From Chloroflexota bacterium (GTDB lineage Bacteria; Chloroflexota; Limnocylindria; P2-11E; CF-107), in NCBI GenBank assembly GCA_005881435.1, contig VBHP01000028.1, positions 4,538 through 68,537 on the forward strand: DNA of 64,000 nt. The letters are read 5' to 3'. Positions 1 through 8,585 of the stretch are shown here, in pieces; the stretch's first letter is position 1, and each line of letters opens with the position of its first letter. The position numbers and the translations under genes were made by a program. The notes below the pieces were generated by a model. The model had not been told where the DNA came from. It ran no database searches and was given only the letters and a program-made list of their open reading frames with translations.

Positions 1-97
1 CGAGTATTTCGAGACCGAGTACGTGCCGATGCTCGGTCCGGTCGCCATCGCGACGCTCGGCGTGCTCGCGATGGGTCTCGCCATCGTCCTGACGTGA
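1..97 (+). CDS. 3' end of an upstream membrane-protein gene (partial; start lies outside the window)
   Basis: Open frame ending TGA at 95-97 (..PMLGPVAIATLGVLAMGLAIVLT*). The tail is hydrophobic and TM-like. The stop overlaps the GTG start of the next gene (GTGA 94-97). Confidence 0.3.
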   Translation, partial: EYFETEYVPMLGPVAIATLGVLAMGLAIVLT

Positions 98-1170
98 CCC
101 TGGCGGGGTTCGGTTGGGATCCCCGCGTCGCCGAGTACGTCATGCGTCCGGACCACCCGCTCAAGCCCTACCGCTACCGCTTGGTCTACGAGACACTCCA
201 ACAGATCGGCGCCTTTGCCCGGACGAACGCACGGATCGTCAAGGGCCGCATGGCCAGCGATGACGAGCTCGCGCTCGTGCACTCGCGTGAGTACATCCAG
301 CGCGTCAGGCGCTTCAGCGACGCGGCGTCCGCGCTGCCGCCCGACGCTTGGGGCGATCGGATCACCTGGAGCGACACGCCACCCTGGCCGGGCATGCATC
401 AGGACATGGCCCTTGTCGCCGGTACCTCTCTCGCCTGCATGGAGGAGGTCGTGTCGAAGCGTGCGCGCGTCGCGTTCAATGGCTCGGGTGGCCTGCATCA
501 CGCCAAGTCCGATCGTGCCAGCGGATTCTGCGTCTACAACGACCCGGCCATCGTCGTCGCCGCGCTGGTGCGCGACGGCAAGCGGGTCGCGTACGTGGAC
601 ATCGACGCCCACCATGGCGACGGGGTGCAGGCCGCCTTTTACGACACGGACCGGGCGCTCACGATCTCGCTGCACGAGTTCGCCCCGTGGTTCTTCCCCG
701 GCACCGGCCGCCCCAGCGAACGCGGCGAAGGCTCCGGCGCCGGGTACAGCGTCAATGTCGCGCTCGCTCCCGAGACCGACGACACGGCGTACGCGATCGC
801 CTTCGACGCCGTGGTGCCGCCGTTGGTGCGCGCGTTCGCCCCGGACGTCCTCGTGACGCAGGGCGGCTTCGATACCTATTTCAATTGCCCGATCACGCAG
901 CTGGCGCTGTCGACGCACGGCTACGAGCGCTGTTACCGCGCATTCGCCGGCTTCGATCTGCCGTGGGTCGCGCTCGGCGGCGGCGGGTACGACGTCGATG
1001 CCGTTCGTCGCGGCTGGTCGATCGCGTATCTGGTCATGCTCGGCGTCGAGATCCCTGCCGAGCTGCACGATCGAGCCGCGCCGCGAGCCGAGGGCGAGGA
1101 CCGCGAGCTGCTCGACGGGGCCGCGCACCGTGCGGCCGCCGCGGCGCTAGCCGCATCTTTTCTGAGATGA
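94..1170 (+). CDS. Histone deacetylase-family amidohydrolase (acetoin-utilization AcuC-like / arginase-deacetylase superfamily)
   Basis: 358 aa with the HDAC signature DIDAHHGDG, plus GGLHHAKSDRASGFCVYND and a Gly-rich GGGGYD block. Strong GC3 bias. Confidence 0.85.
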   Translation: MTLAGFGWDPRVAEYVMRPDHPLKPYRYRLVYETLQQIGAFARTNARIVKGRMASDDELALVHSREYIQRVRRFSDAASALPPDAWGDRITWSDTPPWPGMHQDMALVAGTSLACMEEVVSKRARVAFNGSGGLHHAKSDRASGFCVYNDPAIVVAALVRDGKRVAYVDIDAHHGDGVQAAFYDTDRALTISLHEFAPWFFPGTGRPSERGEGSGAGYSVNVALAPETDDTAYAIAFDAVVPPLVRAFAPDVLVTQGGFDTYFNCPITQLALSTHGYERCYRAFAGFDLPWVALGGGGYDVDAVRRGWSIAYLVMLGVEIPAELHDRAAPRAEGEDRELLDGAAHRAAAAALAASFLR

Positions 1171-2078
1171 GACACGACATCTCGCCGGCGGTCCTGGAAC
1201 GTCTGGCCGCGGCCAGCGATGAGAAGGTAACGGCCGCGCTCGTCTCGGTCGCCGCGAATCTGTTGCTCATCGTCTCCAAGCTCGTCGTCGGTCTGGCCAC
1301 CGGATCGATCGCCATCCTTGCCGAGGCGGCGCACTCGTTCCTCGATCTGGGGGCGAGCCTGTCGGCATATGCCGGGGTGCGGTTCGCGGCGCGGCCAGCC
1401 GACGAGACGCACCCGTTCGGACATCAACGGTTCGAGAACGTCTCCGGTCTGACGCAGATCGTTCTGCTCCTAGCGACGACCACGTTCATCCTCGTGGAGG
1501 CCGTCGACCGAATTCGAGTTCCGCGCGCGGTGGCCGTCGAGTGGTATTCGTTCGGCGTGATCGGCCTGTCGCTGGTCGTCGACGTCGCCATGACGCTGTA
1601 TCTGTCTCACGCCGCGCGCCACACCGGCGGCAGCCCCGCGCTTTCGGCCGATGCGCTCCACTTCTCCAACGACATGCTCGCCGCCGTCGCGGTGCTGGTC
1701 GGACTCGCGTTCGCCGCGGGCGGCGCCACGCTGGCCGACCCCGTCGCCGCGATCGTGGTCGCGGTCATCATGGCCGGCGTGGCGGTGCGCAGCGGCGCCC
1801 GGACCGCGAATCTTCTTGCCGACCGCAGCCCCGATCCGGAAACGCTGGAACGCGTGCGAACGCTCATCGCCGCGCACCCCGACGTTCGCTCGCTGCACGA
1901 CGTTCGCGCGCGCATCCTTGGCTCGAGCGTGTACCTGGACGCATGCGTCGGTCTGCGCCACGACCTCGACCTCGCGTCGGCGCATCGGATCTCGCATGAG
2001 ATCGCGGACGTGGTGCTGGCGGGGGCGCCGGAGGTCGCCGACGTGCTGATCCATCCAGAGCCGGAGGAGGAGAAGTGA
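1167..2078 (+). CDS. Cation diffusion facilitator (CDF) family metal efflux transporter
   Basis: ATG at 1167 overlaps the upstream stop (ATGA). N-terminal TM helices (LVSVAANLLLIVSKLVVGLATGSIAILAEAAHSFLDL) with HSFLD/HxxxD motifs, and a C-terminal cytoplasmic domain typical of CDF transporters. Confidence 0.85.
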   Translation: MRHDISPAVLERLAAASDEKVTAALVSVAANLLLIVSKLVVGLATGSIAILAEAAHSFLDLGASLSAYAGVRFAARPADETHPFGHQRFENVSGLTQIVLLLATTTFILVEAVDRIRVPRAVAVEWYSFGVIGLSLVVDVAMTLYLSHAARHTGGSPALSADALHFSNDMLAAVAVLVGLAFAAGGATLADPVAAIVVAVIMAGVAVRSGARTANLLADRSPDPETLERVRTLIAAHPDVRSLHDVRARILGSSVYLDACVGLRHDLDLASAHRISHEIADVVLAGAPEVADVLIHPEPEEEK

Positions 2079-2797
2079 CCACCGTCGCGGTGCCAGCGCG
2101 CAACTCCTTGCGGCGCCAGCTGTCGCTGTTCTCCAGTCTGGTCTACCGGCCGAACGTCGCCGTGCCGGCGGTGCTCGCGGACGGCAATCTCGCCGTCGGC
2201 TTCGCCGCCATCGCCGTGGCGTGCGCGGTCGCCGCGGCCGGCACCACCCGCTTTGCATCGGTGCTGAGCGTCTCGGACCTGATCTACGGGCCGCAGCGCA
2301 CGCCGCTGGTCACCTTCCTCCTCGACACGCTTGGCACCGCGCGCGCCGCCGTGGTCGTGTATCTCGTCGAGCAGGCCTGGTCCGCGGTGCTGGTGATCAC
2401 GGCGATCGGCCCGGTGCTGGCGTGGCTCCTCGGCGCGTCGGCGGTCCATGCCGCGGCGCGGATCTCGTCGGCCGGACGTCCATTCCGGCGCTTCGGCGTA
2501 TTCGCGGCCTACGCCACAGCACTCGCGCTGATCCCATCCGGCCTGTCAACGTTCGTGTTCGAGATCGATCCGCTTTCGCCGGTGGCCTTCATCGGACGCG
2601 TCATCACCTTCGGTCTGGTGCTGTGGCTCGGAGCGCTGTACTACCGCGGCATCCGCGTCTACTACGGAGTGCCGCCCACGCGCGCGGTGACGATCCTGAT
2701 CGTGGCGGTCACGCTGTTCTATCTGGTCCCGGCGATGCTGATCGCTGCCGCGGTGATCGCGATCATCACCGCGGCGATCTTGCTCCAGCTCGCGTAA
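2075..2797 (+). CDS. Polytopic membrane protein, Yip1-like (hypothetical)
   Basis: GTG start overlaps the CDF stop (GTGA) and is preceded by a strong SD, GGAGGAGG, at 2063-2070. 240 aa with 5-6 predicted TM helices. Confidence 0.6.
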   Translation: MTTVAVPARNSLRRQLSLFSSLVYRPNVAVPAVLADGNLAVGFAAIAVACAVAAAGTTRFASVLSVSDLIYGPQRTPLVTFLLDTLGTARAAVVVYLVEQAWSAVLVITAIGPVLAWLLGASAVHAAARISSAGRPFRRFGVFAAYATALALIPSGLSTFVFEIDPLSPVAFIGRVITFGLVLWLGALYYRGIRVYYGVPPTRAVTILIVAVTLFYLVPAMLIAAAVIAIITAAILLQLA

Positions 2798-2810
2798 TAG
2801 CATCCAGGCC

Positions 2811-4760
2811 ATGCCCGCCGCGGCGTGGATCCCGAACGAGCGCTATCTCGAGCGAAGCCGCCTCCGTCGCTTCGCCGAAGCCAACGGCCATCGCGACTCC
2901 GACGCTTTGTCCGCCTGGAGCATCACCGATCTCGACGCCTTCTGGCGTGCGGTGGAGCGGGACCTGCGCCTGGTGTGGCGCACAGCGTACCGGAGCGTGC
3001 TGGACGCATCGGCCGGCGTGCCGTGGACGAAGTGGTGGATCGGCGGAAGGCTGAACTACGTCGCCAGCGCAATCCAGCACGAGCCGTCTCGCACCGCGAT
3101 CCTGTGGGAGGGTGAGGACGGCGCGACGCGGCGCCTGACGTACGCCGAGCTGGCCTCCGAGGTGCGTCGTTTCGCGGCCGGACTCCGCGCCATCGGCGTG
3201 TCCACGGGCGATCGCGTCGGCATCTTCATGCCGCTCACGCCGGAGTGCGCGATAGCGACACTCGCCGTATCAGCGATCGGCGCGATCTACACGCCGATCT
3301 TCTCCGGGTACGCCGCCGATGCGATCGCCGGACGGCTGCGCGACGCCGAAGCCAGCGTGCTCATCACCGCCGACGGCTTCTATCGACGCGGTCAGCTCGT
3401 GCCGATGAAGGAGACGGCCGATGCCGCCGCCGATGCCGCGCCAAGCGTGACGCAGGTCATCGTCACGGAGCGGGTCGCGCGTCGGGTCTCGATGCGCGAG
3501 GGCCGCGACCTGACGTGGGACGAGGTAGTGCGGCGTGGCGTGGGCGCCGACGAGACCTTCGCCGACACCGCGGCAGAAGATCCCTACATGATCATCTACA
3601 CCTCGGGCACGACTGGCCGACCCAAGGGTGCGGTCCACGTCCACGGCGGTTTTCCGGTGAAGGCGGCGCAGGACATGGCGCACTGCTTCGATCTCCAGGC
3701 CGGGGACGTGATGTGGTGGTTCACCGATCTGGGCTGGATGATGGGACCCTGGCTCATCGCGGGCGGATTGATCCTCGGCGCGACGATCGTTCTGTACGAC
3801 GGCACTCCGGATTTCCCGGACGCCTCGCGGCTGTGGGCGATGGTCGAGCGTCATCGCGTGACGCACCTTGGCATCTCGCCGACGGCGATCCGCTCGCTGA
3901 TGCGCTCTGGGGAAGAGCCGGTGCGAAAGCACGACCGCTCCTCGCTGTTCGTGCTCGGCTCGACGGGCGAGCCGTGGAACCCGGAGCCGTGGTGGTGGTA
4001 CCACCGCATCGTCGGCGAGGGGCGCGCGCCGATCATCAACTACAGCGGCGGGACGGAGGTCTCAGGCGGGATCCTCGGCTGCACGACCTGGACGGCGATA
4101 CAGCCGGCGGCTTTCTCCGGTCCGGTCCCGGGCATCGCCGCGGATGTCATCGACGAGCGCGGCCGTTCCGTGCGCGGTGCCGTGGGGGAGCTGGCGATAC
4201 GAAAGCCGTGGCCCGGCATGACCCGCGGCTTCTGGAAGGATCCCGATCGCTACCTCGCCACGTACTGGTCGCGCGTTCCCGACGTCTGGGTGCACGGCGA
4301 TTGGGCCCGCGTCGATGCGGCGGGCTTCTGGTACATCGAGGGCCGGAGCGACGACACGCTCAAGATCGCGGGCAAGCGGGTCGGTCCGGCCGAGGTCGAA
4401 TCGGCCGCGGTCGCGCATCCGGCGGTGCTCGAAGCCGCGGCCGTCGGCGTGCCACACGAGATCAAGGGCGAAAGCATCGTCGTGTTCTGCGTGCTCCGCC
4501 CGAATGCGACCGCGAGCGACGGTCTTGCGCAGGAGGTCCAGGACAAGGTCGCCGAGCTCTTGGGAAAACCGCTACGGCCAGAGACGGTGCGCTTCGTCAC
4601 GCAGCTGCCGAAGACGCGCAACGCGAAGGTGCTCCGTCGTGTCATCCGCGGCGCGTTCCTCGGGAAGTCGGATCTGGGCGATCTCTCGGCGCTGGAGAAT
4701 CCGGCGGCGGTCGACGAGATCCGCGGGCTCAGCGAGCCGGCGAAGGGTTCGGTCGCGTGA
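2811..4760 (+). CDS. AMP-forming acyl-CoA synthetase (acetate / acetoacetate / propionate-CoA ligase family)
   Basis: 649 aa. AMP-binding motif IYTSGTTGRPKG. C-terminal PKTRNAKVLRR contains the conserved catalytic, acetylatable lysine of Acs enzymes. Confidence 0.9.
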   Translation: MPAAAWIPNERYLERSRLRRFAEANGHRDSDALSAWSITDLDAFWRAVERDLRLVWRTAYRSVLDASAGVPWTKWWIGGRLNYVASAIQHEPSRTAILWEGEDGATRRLTYAELASEVRRFAAGLRAIGVSTGDRVGIFMPLTPECAIATLAVSAIGAIYTPIFSGYAADAIAGRLRDAEASVLITADGFYRRGQLVPMKETADAAADAAPSVTQVIVTERVARRVSMREGRDLTWDEVVRRGVGADETFADTAAEDPYMIIYTSGTTGRPKGAVHVHGGFPVKAAQDMAHCFDLQAGDVMWWFTDLGWMMGPWLIAGGLILGATIVLYDGTPDFPDASRLWAMVERHRVTHLGISPTAIRSLMRSGEEPVRKHDRSSLFVLGSTGEPWNPEPWWWYHRIVGEGRAPIINYSGGTEVSGGILGCTTWTAIQPAAFSGPVPGIAADVIDERGRSVRGAVGELAIRKPWPGMTRGFWKDPDRYLATYWSRVPDVWVHGDWARVDAAGFWYIEGRSDDTLKIAGKRVGPAEVESAAVAHPAVLEAAAVGVPHEIKGESIVVFCVLRPNATASDGLAQEVQDKVAELLGKPLRPETVRFVTQLPKTRNAKVLRRVIRGAFLGKSDLGDLSALENPAAVDEIRGLSEPAKGSVA

Positions 4761-5109
4761 GGCCGTCCACGGCGTTGAGGATCGCGCGCCACACCGCCGG
4801 CGGCGTCTCGCTCTTGGCCAGCACGCCCTGGCCGGGTCGCACGCGCTCGTAACCGTCGCCGACGAACTCGCCCCGCGCCGGGGCGTGCAGGTCGAGGTAG
4901 CGATCACCGCGACGCAGCGTCGTTCCGGTCGCGAGCAGCGGCACGGTGCGTAGCTCGCCGTCGGCGATGTCGCGGAGGACGCGGTGGTCGCGTTTCACGT
5001 CGACGGCCGTGCGGGAGAGCGAGGCGCCGTCGTCGTCTCGCCCGTCTTCGATGACGATCTCCCACTTCCGGGTGGGACCGCTCGGGACTTTCATCTGGTC
5101 ATAACGCAT
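4729..5109 (-). CDS. Hypothetical protein (126 aa)
   Basis: ORF with strong GC3 bias and a GGAG about 12 nt upstream of ATG 5109. No recognisable motif. Convergent 32-nt overlap with the acyl-CoA synthetase. Confidence 0.35.
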   Translation of the reverse strand: MRYDQMKVPSGPTRKWEIVIEDGRDDDGASLSRTAVDVKRDHRVLRDIADGELRTVPLLATGTTLRRGDRYLDLHAPARGEFVGDGYERVRPGQGVLAKSETPPAVWRAILNAVDGLTRPNPSPAR

Positions 5110-5185
5110 CGATGTTCAGCTCCGATCTAAGGCGACGGCGCCGAGGCCTCGCACCCCGGCGCCGTCACGAAGGAGGAGGGACGTG

Positions 5186-5887
5186 CTACGGCCGACCGCG
5201 CCGCGGCCCCGGTCCCCACGGACCGGTCGCATCGACGAGCCTGGTGATGCGGTCGGTGATGCCGTTCTTGAGCTGGGTGGCCTGGTCCGCGGTGATCGTG
5301 CCCGCCGTCTGGGCCGCGTCGATCTTCGCGGTCTGATCCGCGACGATCGCGGCGATGAGGCCGGCGCGATTCTTGTTCGGTGTCGAGTTCGCGATCGCGG
5401 CCAGCGTCTGCTGCGCCTGCAGCTTCGTGCGCAGATCCGCCTCGCTGATGCCAAGGTACGTGGCGGCGGCGGCCAGCGGGTCACCGGTCACGGTCGCGCG
5501 ACCCGGCCCGCCCGGCTTGGCGGCGCCAAGACCCTTCTGGTCGACGAGCTGCGCGATCCGCTGGCTCTCGGCCTGGGTGAGCGCGGCGATCAGCCCGTCG
5601 CGGGTCTTGCCCTTTTCGACCGCGACGTCGGCCAGGCTCTTGCCGGCCTGCAGCTCGGTGCGCAGGTCGGCGACGCTGATGCCGATGTACGTCGCCGCGG
5701 TGGTGTAGACGTCCGCGCCGCCAGGACCGTGGTTCCCGAGAATCTGCCCAGCGACATTATTCGCAACGTTATTCGCGATCTCCGCCGCGGCGGGGATGCT
5801 CAGGTTCGGCGCGAGCGCGACCCCGCCCGCGAAGGCGAGCGCGATCAGGCCACCCGCCGCGAGCTTCTGGAGGCCACGACCATTCAT
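5186..5887 (-). CDS. Secreted protein with two ~55-aa tandem internal repeats (function unknown)
   Basis: ATG at 5887 with SD AAGGAG 10 nt upstream. Signal peptide MNGRGLQKLAAGGLIALAFAGGVALA. Repeat units ..ATYIGISVADLRTELQAGKSLADVA.. and ..ATYLGISEADLRTKLQAQQTLAAIA.. are also visible as a DNA-level repeat. The longer upstream extension of the ORF is antisense to the response-regulator gene and was discarded. Confidence 0.7.
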   Translation of the reverse strand: MNGRGLQKLAAGGLIALAFAGGVALAPNLSIPAAAEIANNVANNVAGQILGNHGPGGADVYTTAATYIGISVADLRTELQAGKSLADVAVEKGKTRDGLIAALTQAESQRIAQLVDQKGLGAAKPGGPGRATVTGDPLAAAATYLGISEADLRTKLQAQQTLAAIANSTPNKNRAGLIAAIVADQTAKIDAAQTAGTITADQATQLKNGITDRITRLVDATGPWGPGPRRGRP

Positions 5888-5977
5888 GTCTGCATCGCTC
5901 CTTTTTCCGCGCCTTGCTTCCACCGAGGAAAACATCGGGCGGCCGAGCGTGCATGAAAGCCGCGTAAGAGTTCGCAG

Positions 5978-6706
5978 ATGCCACAGCCTTCTTACCTTTC
6001 TCTTACAGCTCGTTCTTACACTGAGCCCGTGCGTGTCCTCTTCGTCGAGGACGATCCGGCGGTACGGGGAGCTGTCGAGCGCGCGCTGCGGGCGGCCGGT
6101 CACGATCCGGAGCTCGCGGTCCGAGGCGACAAAGCGCTCGAAGTGGCGCTGGATAACCCGTTCGACGCGATCGTTCTGGATCTGGGGCTCCCCGGCCTCG
6201 ATGGGCTCGAGGTGTGCCGTCGCCTGCGCCAGGCCGGTAACCGTGTCCCGGTGCTGATGCTGACCGCGCGCGCCGCCGTCGCCGACCGTGTCGAAGGACT
6301 CGACGCCGGAGCCGATGACTACCTGGTGAAGCCGTTCGCGCTCGACGAGCTCCTGGCGCGCCTGCGGACGTTCGAGCGGCGCGCCCAGACCAATGGCGCG
6401 ACGCGCGGCGCGCTCCAGTTCGAGGATCTGGTGCTCGACCGCGACGCGATGGAGTGCCGGCGCGGTGAGCGCTCGATCCAGCTCACGCGCACGGAATACC
6501 TCCTTCTCGAGCTGTTCCTCACCAACCCGCGCAAGGTGCTCTCGCGTGACGTGATCTTCGATCGCGTCTGGGGTTACGACTTCGGACCGGACTCGAACTC
6601 GCTCGACGTCTACATCGGCTATCTGCGGCGGAAGCTCGAAGCGGGCGGCGAGCCCCGGGTCATTCAGACCGTGCGCGGCGTCGGTTACGTCCTCAAGGAC
6701 GCATGA
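5978..6706 (+). CDS. OmpR-family two-component response regulator (MprA/MtrA-like)
   Basis: Receiver domain (VLFVEDDPAVR, DAIVLDLGLPGLDG, LMLTAR) followed by a winged-helix OmpR C-terminus. ATG 5978 has an AAGAG SD, but an in-frame GTG at 6029 gives the canonical M-RVLFVEDD N-terminus. The stretch 5978-6028 is atypically AT-rich, so the true start may be 6029. Confidence 0.85.
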   Translation: MPQPSYLSLTARSYTEPVRVLFVEDDPAVRGAVERALRAAGHDPELAVRGDKALEVALDNPFDAIVLDLGLPGLDGLEVCRRLRQAGNRVPVLMLTARAAVADRVEGLDAGADDYLVKPFALDELLARLRTFERRAQTNGATRGALQFEDLVLDRDAMECRRGERSIQLTRTEYLLLELFLTNPRKVLSRDVIFDRVWGYDFGPDSNSLDVYIGYLRRKLEAGGEPRVIQTVRGVGYVLKDA

Positions 6707-8037
6707 CCTTCCGCCTGCGCGTGACCTTACTCGCCGCCCTCGCGGTGGCAATCGTCGCGATCGCCGCGGCGGCCCTGATCTACGCCATGGTGCAGCGGCA
6801 ATTGCTGAGCGAGATTGATCTGACGCTGCAGCAGACAGCGAACACAGCCCGCCAGGGGCCAAGTCCAGACCGTCGCTTCCCTGGGCGTTCGACGGTCTTC
6901 CTATCCGGGCGGTACGACATCTTCGCCCAGATCATCGACACGAATGGACGGATCGTCCCCTCTGAAAATCAGCCTGGCGAGCCCGATCTCATAGACGACA
7001 CCGTGCGCGCGGTCGCGAGTGGCAACCGCGCCGCGTCGTATACCGACATCCAGACGAGCGACACGCATTGGCGCGTGTACGTGCTGCCGCTCGGCCAAGG
7101 ACGAGCGCTCGAGCTCGCCCGGCCCGTTGCCGAGATCGACGCCGCATTCAGCAACACTCGCCTGGCGTTGCTCGCGCTCGCGCTAGCGGCGGCGCTCCTG
7201 GCCGCGATCCTCGGCGCGCTCATCGCGCGCGCGGCGCTGTCTCCGGTGCGCCGGCTGGCCGCCACCATCGAGGAGGTGACGCGCACGCGCGACCTCTCGC
7301 GACGCGTCGGCATCCGAGGCAATGACGAGATCGCGCGCCTCGCCGCGAGCTTCGACGACATGCTCATCGCCCTCGAGGTGTCGCTGCGCTCGCAGCGGCA
7401 GCTGGTGGCCGACGCTTCGCACGAGCTGCGCACGCCGCTGACCAGTCTTCGCACCAACCTCGAGCTGCTCGCGCGCGGCCAGCCCGAGGACCCATTTGAG
7501 CGGCAACAGGTGCTCCGAGATCTGGTGAGCCAGATCGAGCGCCTCTCGACACTGGTCGCCGACCTCATCGATCTCGCCCGCGACGAGGAGGCGCATCTGC
7601 CGATAGAGGACGTCCGTCTCGACGATGTCGTGTCCACGGCGGTCAACGAGATGCGCGCGCGATACCCGCACGTTCGCTTCCGCGTCGAGGCCCAGCCGTC
7701 GACGGTGCATGGCGTGCACTCACGTATTGCCCGGGCGGTCACGAACCTGCTCGACAACGCTTCGAAGTGGAGTCCTGCGGGCGGCGTCGTCGAGGTCACG
7801 GTGGCCAACGGCGAGGTGTCCGTGCGCGACCATGGCCCCGGCGTCGCGCCCGAAGACAGGCCGCGGGTGTTCGATCGGTTCTGGCGCGCCAATACGGCGC
7901 ATCACCTTCCCGGCTCCGGTCTCGGACTCTCGATCGTGAAGCAAGTGGCGGAAGCGCACGGTGGGACGGTCACGCTGGAACATCCCAGCGACGGCGGTGC
8001 GCGCTTCCGGCTGCGCCTCGGGGCCGCGCCGGCCTAA
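6703..8037 (+). CDS. Sensor histidine kinase (HAMP-HisKA-HATPase; MprB/MtrB-like)
   Basis: ATGA overlap with the response regulator. One N-terminal TM helix, a periplasmic segment and a second TM helix. H-box ADASHELRTPLTSL. HATPase_c motifs (DNASKW, DHGPGV, GSGLGLSIV). Confidence 0.9.
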   Translation: MTFRLRVTLLAALAVAIVAIAAAALIYAMVQRQLLSEIDLTLQQTANTARQGPSPDRRFPGRSTVFLSGRYDIFAQIIDTNGRIVPSENQPGEPDLIDDTVRAVASGNRAASYTDIQTSDTHWRVYVLPLGQGRALELARPVAEIDAAFSNTRLALLALALAAALLAAILGALIARAALSPVRRLAATIEEVTRTRDLSRRVGIRGNDEIARLAASFDDMLIALEVSLRSQRQLVADASHELRTPLTSLRTNLELLARGQPEDPFERQQVLRDLVSQIERLSTLVADLIDLARDEEAHLPIEDVRLDDVVSTAVNEMRARYPHVRFRVEAQPSTVHGVHSRIARAVTNLLDNASKWSPAGGVVEVTVANGEVSVRDHGPGVAPEDRPRVFDRFWRANTAHHLPGSGLGLSIVKQVAEAHGGTVTLEHPSDGGARFRLRLGAAPA

Positions 8038-8585
8038 GCCGAGCGCGAGACCGTGTTGACGCGCTGCAGCACGAGCACGCCGACGGACGCCGCGGCGGCC
8101 CAGCCGAGCCAGCCGATGACCGGCGCGGCGAAGTCCGTGCCCGACAGCACCGCATGCGCGAACACCGCCGCGAACGCGAGGTAGCTGGTGTAGTGCAACA
8201 GCCGCCACAGCCGCACATCCATGCGCTTTCGCAGCCAGCTGGTCATCACGACGAGCGCGACGAGATCGAGTGAGATGGTCCCGAGCCCGATCGCGAGCTG
8301 GGCATATCCGGTCTGAAACGGGATCACCAGATCGGTGAGTCCGATCCGCGCGGTCCGGTCCAGGACGAGCGTCAGGACGTGGCCCACAACAAGCGGCATC
8401 CAGATCCAAACGGTGAAGTCGTGGAGCGCGCGAAGCGGGCGCTTCTCGGCGAGGAAGTCCAGCGCCGAAGTGCGTAGCGCGACTCCGGTCAACATCGAGA
8501 GGCACAGTGCGGCGTACGCGGCGACACCGGTGGCGCGCGCGATCAGCCACAGGAACACCTGCGGATCCACTGGAACGATGGTCAC
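8034..8585 (-). CDS. Ferric-reductase-like transmembrane heme-binding protein (YedZ/MsrQ-like domain)
   Basis: C-terminal 183 aa of ORF 8034..8834 are polytopic with paired His-containing helices (HDFTVWIWMPLVVGHVL; HYTSYLAFAAVFAHAVL). The upstream 83 aa of the ORF are Arg-rich with no TM and were judged non-coding. A GTG at 8585 overlaps the stop of the upstream gene (GTGA). Confidence 0.55.
   Translation of the reverse strand: MTIVPVDPQVFLWLIARATGVAAYAALCLSMLTGVALRTSALDFLAEKRPLRALHDFTVWIWMPLVVGHVLTLVLDRTARIGLTDLVIPFQTGYAQLAIGLGTISLDLVALVVMTSWLRKRMDVRLWRLLHYTSYLAFAAVFAHAVLSGTDFAAPVIGWLGWAAAASVGVLVLQRVNTVSRSA

Noticed and set aside
348-2078. 576-aa ORF beginning inside the HDAC gene
   Set aside because: The first ~270 aa are Arg/Pro-rich out-of-frame translation of the HDAC gene. 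Only the part from ATG 1167 (the CDF transporter) is real.
3245-4852. Long alternative-frame ORFs inside the acyl-CoA synthetase (535 aa, 212 aa, 180 aa and others)
   Set aside because: All are Arg/Ala-rich with no motifs. The in-frame synthetase has clear AMP-binding motifs.
5183-5956. Plus-strand ORF with an apparently good SD (GGAGGAGG) antisense to the secreted repeat protein
   Set aside because: Its product is low-complexity and Arg/Gly-rich. The opposite strand encodes a protein with a signal peptide, repeats and an SD, so this ORF is a GC-driven antisense artifact.
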